Assembly: GCA_948466395.1 (NCBI GenBank)
Contig: CAOKAG010000005.1
Coordinates: forward strand, 1-54,502
Direction of reading: 5' to 3'
Source: an uncultured Mycoplasmatota bacterium
GTDB lineage: Bacteria > Bacillota_I > Bacilli_A > RF39 > UBA660
DNA length: 54,502 nucleotides
Positions 9,861-19,752 of the stretch are shown piece by piece (within the stretch, counting starts at the first letter, position 1; every line of letters starts with the position of its first letter). A model generated the notes under the pieces. That model ran no database searches and was not told the DNA's origin. It was given only the letters and a program-made list of their open reading frames with translations. The translations under genes were made by a program, and so were the position numbers.

Positions 9861-11036
9861 TTAATGGAGTTTCATTCCTTCATTGAATTCATATTCATAA
9901 ACTTTTTGTACTTCTAGTAAAGCTTTATTTAAAGTTTCTTCCATATTTTTTTTCCAAAAAGAATAGTCTTCACAATTTTGCATCGTTAACATTTCTTTTA
10001 TACAGTCATTTAAGTAATTTACCGTTTCGTTACGCGCATACAAAACAAGTTTAGGATAATATTCTGACAACTTGACTCTACTATTTTTATAAGCTTCTAA
10101 TCCTTCTTTATTCACATTACATATAAATTTAATAATTTCTTTTTGATTCACGTTCATTTTTTTCATTTTTTCAACTAGTAAGATAATTTCTGATAATGTT
10201 AAAGGTCGAATAACCCTTTGATCATCAATATTATACATTTCCATAATTTCTCGATATAATTTTTTAGTTTCTTTTTGATTAAGGGGGGTTATTTTTCTTT
10301 TAGACACCCCTTCTTTTTCTTCTTTTCTTGCCTTAATCTTTTTCTTTAATAGAACTTTAAAAGCATCACACATCGTAGAATCCAAACCTAATACAGCAAA
10401 AGATTTAACAACAAAAGAAAGATCTTTCTCAGAAAAATTTTCTTTTTTGTCAAAATAATATTTTTTAAGCATACGATGAGCAATACTAACGTTCTTTTTT
10501 AAATACCAATTTTTTTCACTTTTCAACAAAACTTTTCTAAAATATAAATCTCTTTTTTCTGAATCCTTTTTCATTTCTACATCATATAATTTTTCAAACT
10601 CTTTTTCTGATAAGTGACTATAAAAAGATTTCCAAATAGACCTTTTAAAATTTTGCTTATCTTGATCCAAAATATGATGTTCTAAATTTTTCTTAATAAA
10701 ATATAAAATTATTTCTAGTTGTTCTTTGTAAGAGAAATGTAAAAAACTTTGATCAATACATTGATTAAACATAACAGAGGTGCGAATCATTTCAAAATCA
10801 ATATAAAGCAAATAATCATTTTCTTGATCATTTAAAAATATTAAAATATCTTTTATCTCTTTACCAAACTTTTCTACCTGTTGAATGGATTCTAATGGCT
10901 GCTTACTCTTAAGATTTTCTCGTAATTTATTTATCCCTGGAACAAAAGCATAATCCGTATTATAATATGCCTCTAAGTTAAGATTGACGAGCTTTTCTAA
11001 TTTTTCTAATTCTTTTTTATATTTTTCTAAAACCAT
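9861..11036 (-). CDS. Hypothetical protein (391 aa, Lys/Glu-rich helical)
   Basis: ORF only. Confidence 0.5.
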   Translation of the reverse strand: MVLEKYKKELEKLEKLVNLNLEAYYNTDYAFVPGINKLRENLKSKQPLESIQQVEKFGKEIKDILIFLNDQENDYLLYIDFEMIRTSVMFNQCIDQSFLHFSYKEQLEIILYFIKKNLEHHILDQDKQNFKRSIWKSFYSHLSEKEFEKLYDVEMKKDSEKRDLYFRKVLLKSEKNWYLKKNVSIAHRMLKKYYFDKKENFSEKDLSFVVKSFAVLGLDSTMCDAFKVLLKKKIKARKEEKEGVSKRKITPLNQKETKKLYREIMEMYNIDDQRVIRPLTLSEIILLVEKMKKMNVNQKEIIKFICNVNKEGLEAYKNSRVKLSEYYPKLVLYARNETVNYLNDCIKEMLTMQNCEDYSFWKKNMEETLNKALLEVQKVYEYEFNEGMKLH

Positions 11037-11096
11037 TTCTTTTAACCCTTTCTCATAGAGATAGACTATAAATCAAATTTAAAAATTTGTCAAGAA

Positions 11097-11867
11097 TTAA
11101 TGAAACAGATCTTGTTGTTTTAAAACTCGCTTTATTGCCCCTTCTTGAAAAATATAATAATCGAAGAAATAATGATTTTCTTCTTTTTCACAAATAATAA
11201 AACCGGGTAACTGATTCCTATTTTGAATTTTTCTAGGATGATTATCACTCAAAGAAGGTAACCTTAAAGTTTTTTTAAATTCAGGATAAGAAAAAAAATG
11301 AGCATGCCCTTTTAAAATCAAATCTGAAGCAAAAGTATCTTCATTCTGATGCTTCATCACAATCGTTTTATCATACCATTTTAAATAACCCACATTGGTT
11401 CCTAAATAAATAAAATCTTCTCTATCTAAAAATAACGAATCTAGAATAGAATCATTCAAGCAAAGAAAATCTTCATCATGATTGCCTAAAATGATAAAAT
11501 TTTCAAATCCTCTTGGGTATTCTTTTAAAAGATGATCTAATTGCCTTTGACAAATCGCATTTTTTTTAGATTCTTCATAAATATTTTGATGTTCACAAAG
11601 TCCATCAAACAAATCGCCTGTATGCAAAACTTTACCAATTCCCTTTTGATTAAAAAAATCATAGGTCCTTTTAATATACTCAAAATTTTCATCTTTGCTT
11701 CCAATATGTGTATCAGAAATAAGCCCAATAGACTCATCAATCGTCATTAAAAAAAGCAATTTTTTAATTTGATATAACAATTTTTTTCTTTTTTGAGGAA
11801 TCAGCGATGAATGGGATAGCTGAACTTTTAACTTATCAATAGCTACTTGATTAATTATTTCTTTCAT
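11097..11867 (-). CDS. Calcineurin-like metallophosphoesterase
   Basis: Motifs ISDTHIG, GDLFDG, GNHDE and GHAH in canonical order. Confidence 0.7.
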   Translation of the reverse strand: MKEIINQVAIDKLKVQLSHSSLIPQKRKKLLYQIKKLLFLMTIDESIGLISDTHIGSKDENFEYIKRTYDFFNQKGIGKVLHTGDLFDGLCEHQNIYEESKKNAICQRQLDHLLKEYPRGFENFIILGNHDEDFLCLNDSILDSLFLDREDFIYLGTNVGYLKWYDKTIVMKHQNEDTFASDLILKGHAHFFSYPEFKKTLRLPSLSDNHPRKIQNRNQLPGFIICEKEENHYFFDYYIFQEGAIKRVLKQQDLFH

Positions 11868-11922
11868 AAAAAACTTTCCTTGATTTAATTATATCAGAAA
11901 AAACACAAAAAAAACAATAACC

Positions 11923-14337
11923 TTAGTTATCGTTTTCTGAAAGTTCAATTTTATCTATTTTATAAGTCGTCTCGCCCTCTTTTAAAACCAATTTTTCAAT
12001 AAATAGCGTCGCCTTAAAATCTTTGCTTGATTGTTCAATAGCCTCTTTCAAATCACTATCTACACTTAATTCTAAAATAGAAATCGGTGTTTTTAATGAT
12101 TTATTACAATTAGACTTCTCTCCTCTTGCTTCACTAATAATATTGATAATTGCATCCCCATTTTTAACCTCTTCTTTAAAATCAAAATTTAACGGTTCGA
12201 TTTCAGTTAAATGAATGGATTTTTCTTGATGATACAGCTCTTGATAAATCTCTTCGGTAATAAACGGAAAGAAAATACTAAAATCTTGCAACAATTTATA
12301 AAGCAAAGTATAAACCGTTTTTTGTCCTGAATAACGTGGAACCTCTCCAAATTCTTCAGGTCGATACAATCTGTGTTTCACGATTTCAATGTAATTATCA
12401 CAAAAATTCCAAAAAAACTTTTCTAACGTATTTAAAGCTAAACCAACTTCAAATTCTTCTAAATAATGAATAAAATGTTGTTCCATTTCTTGAAAACTTC
12501 CAAGAACCCATCTATCAATGTATTCATACTGATCAAAAGTTTTATCTTCATAATCAGTTAAATGCATTTCTATAAACTTCGCTACGTTCCATAGTTTATT
12601 AATAAGTTTTTTACCACGTAAAAATGTTTCATCACTAAAAATAATATCGGTGCCTAATCTTCCAGATCCTGCCCAGTAACGAACCACATCAGCGGAATAA
12701 TCCTTAATTAAATCGATCGGTTCAAATTTACTATTTCCTTTACTTTTACTAATCTTCTCACCCTTGTTAGCCATAACAAAGCCACTAATCATCACGTGAT
12801 CCCAAGGACGCATACCAAAATGATAAAAACTTTTAACAATCGTATAAAAATCCCATGTTCTAATAATATCATGCGCATTCGTACGAATACTCATGGGTTT
12901 TAAAAAGGATTCATAATTTTCTTTTTCTCCATAACGCATATTAATTAACGGTGTAACCGAAGAAGTAGCCCATGTATCCATGACATCCGCCTCTGGAATA
13001 AATTCTTTTCCTCCACAAGAACAAGCTTTAATTGGAGGTGCATCCACTAAAGGATTAACTGGTAAATCTTCTAATCGAGCAAACACCGCTTCTCCACAAG
13101 ACTTACAATACCAAACAGGAAAAGGGACGCCAAAATAACGTTGCCTAGAAATACACCAATCCCATAGAATGTTTTGAACCCATTCATCATAACGAGCTTT
13201 CATATGAGCGGGATACCATTTAATCTCTTCTCCCATACGCAAGAAATCATTTTTATGATTCATAATATCAATAAACCATTGATTCATGACCGCATACTCA
13301 ACTTCTTTTCCACAACGTTCATGTGTTTGAACCTCATGTTCTAACTCTTCTATTTTTTCAACCACTTGTGCGGAACTTAAATCTTCAATAATTTTCTGAC
13401 GAGCCTCTTTAATTTTAAGTCCGCCATAAATCGGAACATCTGATGCAATTCGTCCATCACGGGTAAAAATCGCTTTCAAAGGCAATTGATATTTCTTCCA
13501 CCATTCAATGTCCGTTTGATCACCAAACGTACAACACATAACCACGCCAGTTCCCTTATCCTTATCTACCTTTTCGTCCGCTAGAATTGGCACCTCAACA
13601 TCAATCACTGGAATACGAGCATGTTTGCCTATTAAATGACGATGAACTTCATCCTCGGGATTAACAAACACACAAACAATCGCGGGCAACAACTCAGGTC
13701 TAGTCGTAGCAATCGTAAAAATTTCTTGATCTTCTACTGTCTCAAAATGAATATAATTAAAAGTCGTTTTCACCGTCTTCGTTTCCAACTCCGCTTGAGC
13801 AATAGAAGTTAAACATTCATTACACCACAAAGCTGGACTTTCTTTATGATAACAATGACCTTTATTAACTAAATCCAAAAAAGAAGCTTGACTCACTTTA
13901 ATGGTCGATGGACTCACGGTCTTATAATGGATTTTCCAATCTGTACTTACTCCTAACTTACTAAACAAATCTTGAAACTCGGACTCATACTTAGCGGTGG
14001 TTTCATAGCAAAGTTTAGAAAAAGCTTCTCTGCCAATCTCATGAGCCTTCTTGCCTTGTTCTTTCTCTACTAATCTTTCACTTGGTAACCCATTATCATC
14101 AAACCCAAATGGATAAAAAACATTATAACCTCTAAGTCTTTTATAACGAGCAATCATTTCCGTTTGTGAATAAGAAAAAATATGCCCAATATGAATTTTT
14201 CCATTTACGGTTGGAGGGGGCGTATCAATTGAGAAAACTTCCCTTTGATCTGGCTTAAACGCGTAGATTTTATTAGTTTTCCAATAATTTAACCACTTTT
14301 CTTCTTTTTCTTGTGCTTGATATTTTTTATCTAACAT
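11923..14337 (-). CDS. valS: Valine--tRNA ligase (short, archaeal/actinobacterial-like type)
   Basis: PPPTVNGKIHIGH (HIGH), KISKSKGN (KMSKS), a CP1 editing region, and a Val T-box upstream. Confidence 0.9.
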   Translation of the reverse strand: MLDKKYQAQEKEEKWLNYWKTNKIYAFKPDQREVFSIDTPPPTVNGKIHIGHIFSYSQTEMIARYKRLRGYNVFYPFGFDDNGLPSERLVEKEQGKKAHEIGREAFSKLCYETTAKYESEFQDLFSKLGVSTDWKIHYKTVSPSTIKVSQASFLDLVNKGHCYHKESPALWCNECLTSIAQAELETKTVKTTFNYIHFETVEDQEIFTIATTRPELLPAIVCVFVNPEDEVHRHLIGKHARIPVIDVEVPILADEKVDKDKGTGVVMCCTFGDQTDIEWWKKYQLPLKAIFTRDGRIASDVPIYGGLKIKEARQKIIEDLSSAQVVEKIEELEHEVQTHERCGKEVEYAVMNQWFIDIMNHKNDFLRMGEEIKWYPAHMKARYDEWVQNILWDWCISRQRYFGVPFPVWYCKSCGEAVFARLEDLPVNPLVDAPPIKACSCGGKEFIPEADVMDTWATSSVTPLINMRYGEKENYESFLKPMSIRTNAHDIIRTWDFYTIVKSFYHFGMRPWDHVMISGFVMANKGEKISKSKGNSKFEPIDLIKDYSADVVRYWAGSGRLGTDIIFSDETFLRGKKLINKLWNVAKFIEMHLTDYEDKTFDQYEYIDRWVLGSFQEMEQHFIHYLEEFEVGLALNTLEKFFWNFCDNYIEIVKHRLYRPEEFGEVPRYSGQKTVYTLLYKLLQDFSIFFPFITEEIYQELYHQEKSIHLTEIEPLNFDFKEEVKNGDAIINIISEARGEKSNCNKSLKTPISILELSVDSDLKEAIEQSSKDFKATLFIEKLVLKEGETTYKIDKIELSENDN

Positions 14338-14355
14338 AAATTCATCTCCTCTAAC

Positions 14356-15105
14356 TTAATTTTCATTTATTTGAGACTCTAAAAACGTTCTCACTTCTTT
14401 TATATAACTTTTAAACACGTCTTCTAAATTTTTATCAACCTGTAAATGACTGATATAAAGTTCTAAATTATCCGTTTCTTCTAATAAAAGAAACGATTCT
14501 TTAAAATTCAAATCATAAACAAAAGCTAAGTTTTGAAGAATAGTATCACTTTCATTTTGTATAGCCTCTGATTGTATCAAAGTATGTTTAAAAAAAGAAT
14601 CTTGAACGGTGAAAGAAGCCTCTTCTCTAAATTGTAATTCAAAATGGCTGGCTATGACCCGATAAATATCAATCTTCTCCACATCTCGAATAAACTGTGC
14701 CCAGAAAAGAGCTTGTTTTTGAAGACCCTTTTCAATATCCAATTGATTATGATTTCGAATAGCAATTTCAAGAATAGAATAATAATCTTCATTTATAGAA
14801 AAATCCTTAATGTGTCCTTCTTTAAATAAATAATCCGCACCAAGAGCGCCATGGTCTAAATGCGTTTTATAATCATTAAATTCTTTTGCTTTTGTAAACT
14901 GAATAAAACGACCGACGTCATGAAGCAAACCTAACGTCTTCGCAAACTGAATTTCTTCCTCATTCAATTCTAATCGCTTAGCAAGAATCGAAGCCAAGTA
15001 TGCCACATGATAACTATGACTCACTTTTAAATTAATCTCTTCACTCGTTAAATCAAATTGTTTTAAATAATTCTTAAAAGCGTTTAAATTAAAATCATAA
15101 TCCAC
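14356..15105 (-). CDS. HD-domain phosphohydrolase, first gene of the T-box(Val) operon
   Basis: HSYHV..LLHDVGR..DH..FIRDVEKIDI. The likely start is the GTG at 15105, after RBS GGAGGAG. The tracked N-terminal 16 codons overlap the T-box terminator. Confidence 0.7.
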   Translation of the reverse strand: MDYDFNLNAFKNYLKQFDLTSEEINLKVSHSYHVAYLASILAKRLELNEEEIQFAKTLGLLHDVGRFIQFTKAKEFNDYKTHLDHGALGADYLFKEGHIKDFSINEDYYSILEIAIRNHNQLDIEKGLQKQALFWAQFIRDVEKIDIYRVIASHFELQFREEASFTVQDSFFKHTLIQSEAIQNESDTILQNLAFVYDLNFKESFLLLEETDNLELYISHLQVDKNLEDVFKSYIKEVRTFLESQINEN

Positions 15106-15347
15106 AAAAAAATCTCCTCCCATTAAAAGGACGAGACTTTCCCGCGGTACCACCTTAATTCATGATTACTCATGCAACTCAATTAATGGATAACGGCCAT
15201 TATCCGAAAAAACTTACGAATTACTTTCAGTCTTTCAGCTTCCTTGCTACCTTCTATAATAAGTTTTACTTATTTTCACCACCCATAAGTTCTCTAAAAA
15301 AACCTTATTATATACTCCTCAAGTTCATTGCTTTTTCTACTATTATA
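15106..15347 (-). promoter_or_regulatory. T-box riboswitch leader, probable Val specifier GUA (15248-15250)
   Basis: Minus strand elements: promoter TTGAAA-N16-TATAAT (-10 at 15342-15347); AGAGA and GGGUGGUGAAA distal motifs; stem UAUAAUAAG/CUUAUUAUA; specifier loop GAAGGUAG; T-box GGUGGUACCGCG (15143-15154); terminator plus U7. Confidence 0.85.
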
Positions 15348-15407
15348 CCTTTTTTAAATTTTTTTTCAACCCATATTCACATCTAGGTCATCATAATCTA
15401 TTAAATT

Positions 15408-16367
15408 TTAATTAACTACAACATTTTCTATTAAAGTATCATTAATATAAAGACGAAGTCTATCATTTTCTAAAACAATTTGAACATCTTGAATACCCGA
15501 AACATAATGAGGAGTTGTTATAGCTTTTTTAGCTTTCAAATCATAAACATAATAGTTATTCTCTTGATCAATCACATGTAAATAATTAGGATTTTCTTCA
15601 GTAAAGTCAATATAAATATAATGACCTCCAAACACATTTTGACCTTGATAATCAACAAATTTCATTCCATTTGTTTCATTTAAAATAATGTATTGATTAT
15701 CGTAATTATAAATCTCACTTTGAAAAAGAGGACTTAATTCTTGACCAGTAGAATCCAAAATCTGCCATTGATTATTTTTCATGACTACAAAAGCATTCGA
15801 ATTAAGCAAGCCATTATCTAGTAATCGCGAATGGACGCCAATAAAGTCATAGTTAAAAGGAATCGCTAAAGAAACTCCATCATAAAAAGACATAACCCCC
15901 CATAAATCCTTTTCGTTTTTTATAATATAATAATTTTTATCTAAATCATTTACATAACTTTTTATTTCTTTATATTGACCAATAACATTGCTCCTTGATA
16001 AATCATATAGAAGAAGAACCGCTTCATTTAATTTAGAAGTTGTAGAATCGATTAAAAAAGCAAAGCGGTTATTAATTAAAGAAAGACGACGACTGGTTGA
16101 TTCTGCTTCTTTAAAAGCATAGGAAGATTCGATTTCTTTTGATGAAGCATAATCACAAAATTCATTAAAATTTTCACAATCATACGTTCCCAGTAAGTCT
16201 TGACCTCGGTAAAAATACAATTTATTTTCATATTTGAATTCCTTATTAGGATTAATGACTACTGGTGCAGTATATTTTTTATGAAGAAGAAAAGAAAATA
16301 CACTTAAAGGAAGAAAAAGAACTAAAAGAAAGACGATTAAAAATAAAGTTAATTTATTTTTTTTCAT
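15408..16367 (-). CDS. Membrane-anchored WG-repeat protein
   Basis: N-terminal TM. DLWGVMSFYDG-type WG repeats and a GTYDCENFNEFCDYA Cys motif shared with the upstream paralogue. Confidence 0.55.
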   Translation of the reverse strand: MKKNKLTLFLIVFLLVLFLPLSVFSFLLHKKYTAPVVINPNKEFKYENKLYFYRGQDLLGTYDCENFNEFCDYASSKEIESSYAFKEAESTSRRLSLINNRFAFLIDSTTSKLNEAVLLLYDLSRSNVIGQYKEIKSYVNDLDKNYYIIKNEKDLWGVMSFYDGVSLAIPFNYDFIGVHSRLLDNGLLNSNAFVVMKNNQWQILDSTGQELSPLFQSEIYNYDNQYIILNETNGMKFVDYQGQNVFGGHYIYIDFTEENPNYLHVIDQENNYYVYDLKAKKAITTPHYVSGIQDVQIVLENDRLRLYINDTLIENVVVN

Positions 16368-16369
16368 GT

Positions 16370-18532
16370 TTAACGCTCCTCTTTTTCAAATACATCTTTA
16401 TAAACCGACGTATAATTATTATCACTTGTGCCTACAAAAATTTCGTAATCTAAAGCACTCACACTTATTTTAAAAGCCAGTGTCCCATTTCCATAATAAT
16501 TCTTACTCGTCAACTGAATGGTTTTATCTTTAATTAAATTGTTCTTCGGCTTATCATACGTAAATAATTTTAAAGTATTATTACTATCCACCGCTGCAAA
16601 AAATTCATCATAAAGTTCGATATAAGTGTAACCATTTTTCTCCTCTAACGTAATTTCTTTTCCTTGGAAATCTCTTAGAAAATACTTATCATTATTTTTT
16701 ATCTTCACCACTTTATTCTTCTCATTATAATTACGCATTTTATAAGGAATGGCACTCGTCACACCCGAACCATCTTTCTTCTTTAAAAGTAAATACCCTG
16801 TTGCATCTTTGGCCACATAATACTCATTTAAAGACTCTATTTCATTATAATTAAAATTAATATGACCACTAACTTCACTAAGTCCAATTTTTATCACACC
16901 ATATTTACCACTTTTATTTTTAGCCACCACTTGTAAATCATTAACCGTTCTAAATGTAAGTTCATCGGTTCCAGTATAAGAATAAGTGCCCACTTCCATA
17001 TATTTACCCAATTGAGTATTTTTCTTCAAATCATAAAGAACAATGGTTTTATTATCTTCATTGACCAAATCAGGATTATCATTTATAAAAACAAAACGTT
17101 CATTAAAAATAGGAATCTTACCCGTTTTACCAGGAATCTCAAAATCATTTTCTTCAAAAATGGTATCACTTGCTATAGAACAATTACCTAACGTTTGATC
17201 GCCACTCTTAACATTATTTTTATTAGAACAAATATACGTTCCTAAAAAATCTTTTTTATCTTGATCACTATAAAAGTAAAGCTTACCATCAAAATAATTA
17301 ACAAATTTTAAACGTTTACTCAATTCACCTTCGAGTTTATTAATCGTAGTCGTAGCCTCTCCGACATGAACCGTTATAAGATGATTATGCTCTTCTAATG
17401 AAAACGCTTCTTTTGTTTCAATCAATTGATTCTCAGCATCATAAATGCTTTCCTTGACAAACTGAGTTGTTTTTAATTCTATTCCTTCTTCATTTACCTT
17501 ATTTTTATCATAATACCTAAAATAAAGCTTACCATCTAAAACCAAACCAACATACTCTTCAAAAAGCTCTACGTATTGAAAAGAATCATCAAAAACCCTT
17601 TTCCCTTTAAAATCAAAAACATCATACTTTCCTTCGGCATTAACCAATTTCACATAACTGCCATTTAAGTTTTTAATCTTACCTTGTAAAGGAGTACTAA
17701 CTGAACTTCCATCTTCTTTTAAAAGCAATTGATGTAACCCTTCACTGGCAACAAAATATTGATTGGGATTCTCAACATACCCTAAATAAGACCACTTAAA
17801 ATCCATTTTTGAAGTAGGCGCTTCCCCTGAAAAATCAAGGGTACCGTAAAGACCTTCTGTATTTTTTAGAATATAAAGATTTTTATTAGAAGCCACGTTT
17901 TTAACAAGAGTATACGTCTCCACGCTTTTCTCTTCCTTCATATCGTATAAAACTAAAGTCGTATCCGTCTCCCTTGGATTATCACTAACAAACACGTATT
18001 TCTCATTAATAATGCCACTTCTTACCTTTATTTTAGATTGATCTTGATAGATTTTTCTAGCAACATCAAACTCATCTTCATTGCTATAATAGGCCACAAA
18101 ACAAAGATTTTCATTCGCATTTTGACACGTATACGATCCGATTTCTTCCTTATTAGCATTTAAAAAAACCAATTTACCATTTTCATAACGGTAATTCTCT
18201 TCTTGGACAATAACATCGGGGGGCTTAATAGGCGTTTCTTCTTTTTTAAAAGATTTAAATAAAAAGAAAAGCCCAACACCTATAAGAATTAAAAATAAAA
18301 CAAGACCTCCAATAAAGAACCCTTTTTGCTTTTTAGAAAGTTTTTTCCACCAATTCTTAATACGGTCCCCTAATTTTTCTTTTTTAGGTTTTTCTAAAGG
18401 TTTCATTTCTGGTGGTTCTCCTAGCGGATTTTTATAAACTTCCGTTTTACTTTCCATCTCAAAAATTTGATTATTAGAACTTAATTCCTCTAAATCATAT
18501 AAAGGTTTAGTTTTATCGTCTTCATTTGGCAT
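16370..18532 (-). CDS. Membrane-anchored WG-repeat protein (720 aa, two modules)
   Basis: TM at ~aa 70-92. GLYGTLDFSG, GKYDVFDFKG and GKYGVIKIG repeats. Two copies of the GxYxCxNxNxxC motif. Confidence 0.55.
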   Translation of the reverse strand: MPNEDDKTKPLYDLEELSSNNQIFEMESKTEVYKNPLGEPPEMKPLEKPKKEKLGDRIKNWWKKLSKKQKGFFIGGLVLFLILIGVGLFFLFKSFKKEETPIKPPDVIVQEENYRYENGKLVFLNANKEEIGSYTCQNANENLCFVAYYSNEDEFDVARKIYQDQSKIKVRSGIINEKYVFVSDNPRETDTTLVLYDMKEEKSVETYTLVKNVASNKNLYILKNTEGLYGTLDFSGEAPTSKMDFKWSYLGYVENPNQYFVASEGLHQLLLKEDGSSVSTPLQGKIKNLNGSYVKLVNAEGKYDVFDFKGKRVFDDSFQYVELFEEYVGLVLDGKLYFRYYDKNKVNEEGIELKTTQFVKESIYDAENQLIETKEAFSLEEHNHLITVHVGEATTTINKLEGELSKRLKFVNYFDGKLYFYSDQDKKDFLGTYICSNKNNVKSGDQTLGNCSIASDTIFEENDFEIPGKTGKIPIFNERFVFINDNPDLVNEDNKTIVLYDLKKNTQLGKYMEVGTYSYTGTDELTFRTVNDLQVVAKNKSGKYGVIKIGLSEVSGHINFNYNEIESLNEYYVAKDATGYLLLKKKDGSGVTSAIPYKMRNYNEKNKVVKIKNNDKYFLRDFQGKEITLEEKNGYTYIELYDEFFAAVDSNNTLKLFTYDKPKNNLIKDKTIQLTSKNYYGNGTLAFKISVSALDYEIFVGTSDNNYTSVYKDVFEKEER

Positions 18533-18622
18533 GCTTCCACTTCCTATTCTTCCTAAATTATATCATAAGATTTTTAGATTTAAAATAGCTAAATAAGGGA
18601 TTAGAAAATAAAAAAAGAAACT

Positions 18623-19258
18623 TTACAATATATTTTGTAATGCGTTTCTATTTTGAGGTATCCCATCTACAATATAATAAACATCTTCATAACGAAGATC
18701 TTTTTCTTCATTTAACACACCATATAAAAAGACTTCCACTTCCCTTTTTTTATAATTATCGATAAGTTTTCGATTAGATAAATCATTAATTAAACCTATA
18801 AAATCCAAATTATAATCCGCTTCACTATTTAAAATATAATTTAAAATCCCTAATTTTGCGGTACAACGGTATTCACACAATTTATAAATAACAGAATTAT
18901 GAAAACTCATAACATATAAATTTCGATAACTGTATTTCTTTAATAGTCGATTCAATTTTTTAAAAGGAAGATGCGTATCTTTAATTTCTATGAGCATAAT
19001 TTTATCCGTCTCTAATTTTAAAACATCCGATAAAAGAGGAAGATTATATTCTTTTTTTAAATAACGATACGTTTTATTTTTGATCAACTCTCCTTTAATA
19101 AACGCATTATGATGCACCACAAAATAATGATCTTTTGTAACCCTTATATCAAACTCAAAACCAGACACATTAGGATTTTCTATCGCATTTTGAAACGCTT
19201 CAATCGTATTTTCTTCATATTTATTTTCTCTAAGCCCTCTGTGCGCAATATATTTCAA
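18623..19258 (-). CDS. Glycerophosphodiester phosphodiesterase family protein
   Basis: IAHRG..ENT..AF, FEFDIR and VVHH motifs. Confidence 0.7.
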   Translation of the reverse strand: MKYIAHRGLRENKYEENTIEAFQNAIENPNVSGFEFDIRVTKDHYFVVHHNAFIKGELIKNKTYRYLKKEYNLPLLSDVLKLETDKIMLIEIKDTHLPFKKLNRLLKKYSYRNLYVMSFHNSVIYKLCEYRCTAKLGILNYILNSEADYNLDFIGLINDLSNRKLIDNYKKREVEVFLYGVLNEEKDLRYEDVYYIVDGIPQNRNALQNIL

Positions 19259-19291
19259 AAAAAATCACCTAATAAAATATATTAAAGTGAT

Positions 19292-19741
19292 TTACTTTTT
19301 ATGTCGTCTAAAAACAATTTTATAAACAATAAATATAAGAATAAAACAGACAATAGGAATAACAAAAATTTTATATTCATACATTAAAGGCGTGGGTTCA
19401 TTCACTTCTTCATTAAAAACCGTCTGAACTTCTTCCTCTACCTCTTTTAAAATATGAAACACATAACTCGCTTTTTCTTCTCCTCGAATCAATTCTAAAA
19501 AAACAATTGAATTATTTTCTAAATCATAATTATTGATAACTTGGACAGTATAATCCTGTTCTTCATAATCAAATAAAATTTCCATAACTTCTTTATCTAA
19601 AGAAATCGTATAATAATTATTTAACCCTTCAAACTGAGGAGACAAGACACCATTTAAAACTTTTAAATCATCAAGTTTTAAAGTCTCAGCCCTAACAAAA
19701 ATAGGAAAAAATAAAAAAAGGAATAAAATAAGTTTCTTCAA
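19292..19741 (-). CDS. Small secreted/anchored protein with cadherin-like beta-sandwich motif
   Basis: Signal peptide, LKVLNGVLSPQFEGLNNYYTISL, and a C-terminal TM. Confidence 0.4.
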   Translation of the reverse strand: MKKLILFLFLFFPIFVRAETLKLDDLKVLNGVLSPQFEGLNNYYTISLDKEVMEILFDYEEQDYTVQVINNYDLENNSIVFLELIRGEEKASYVFHILKEVEEEVQTVFNEEVNEPTPLMYEYKIFVIPIVCFILIFIVYKIVFRRHKK

Positions 19742-19752
19742 AATCCCACCCT

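Noticed and set aside
15106-15153. N-terminal extensions of the first ORF in each T-box operon: MVPRESLVLLMGGDFF here, MRFFCGGS at 29037-29060, and MSRLAFFLEGI at 37902-37934
   Set aside because: These codons are the T-box sequence and terminator hairpin themselves. Better starts with strong RBSs follow the U-runs.
15248-15252. Alternative specifier readings: GGU in the Val and Ala leaders, AUU in the Thr leader
   Set aside because: These triplets also sit in the specifier loops with a following purine. However, GUA, GCU and ACU each lie adjacent to the closing helix and match the downstream synthetase in all three cases. This is kept as a caveat needing a covariance-model alignment.
15162-15386. 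74-aa plus-strand ORF between the HD gene and the WG-repeat gene
   Set aside because: The interval is fully explained by the minus-strand Val T-box leader.
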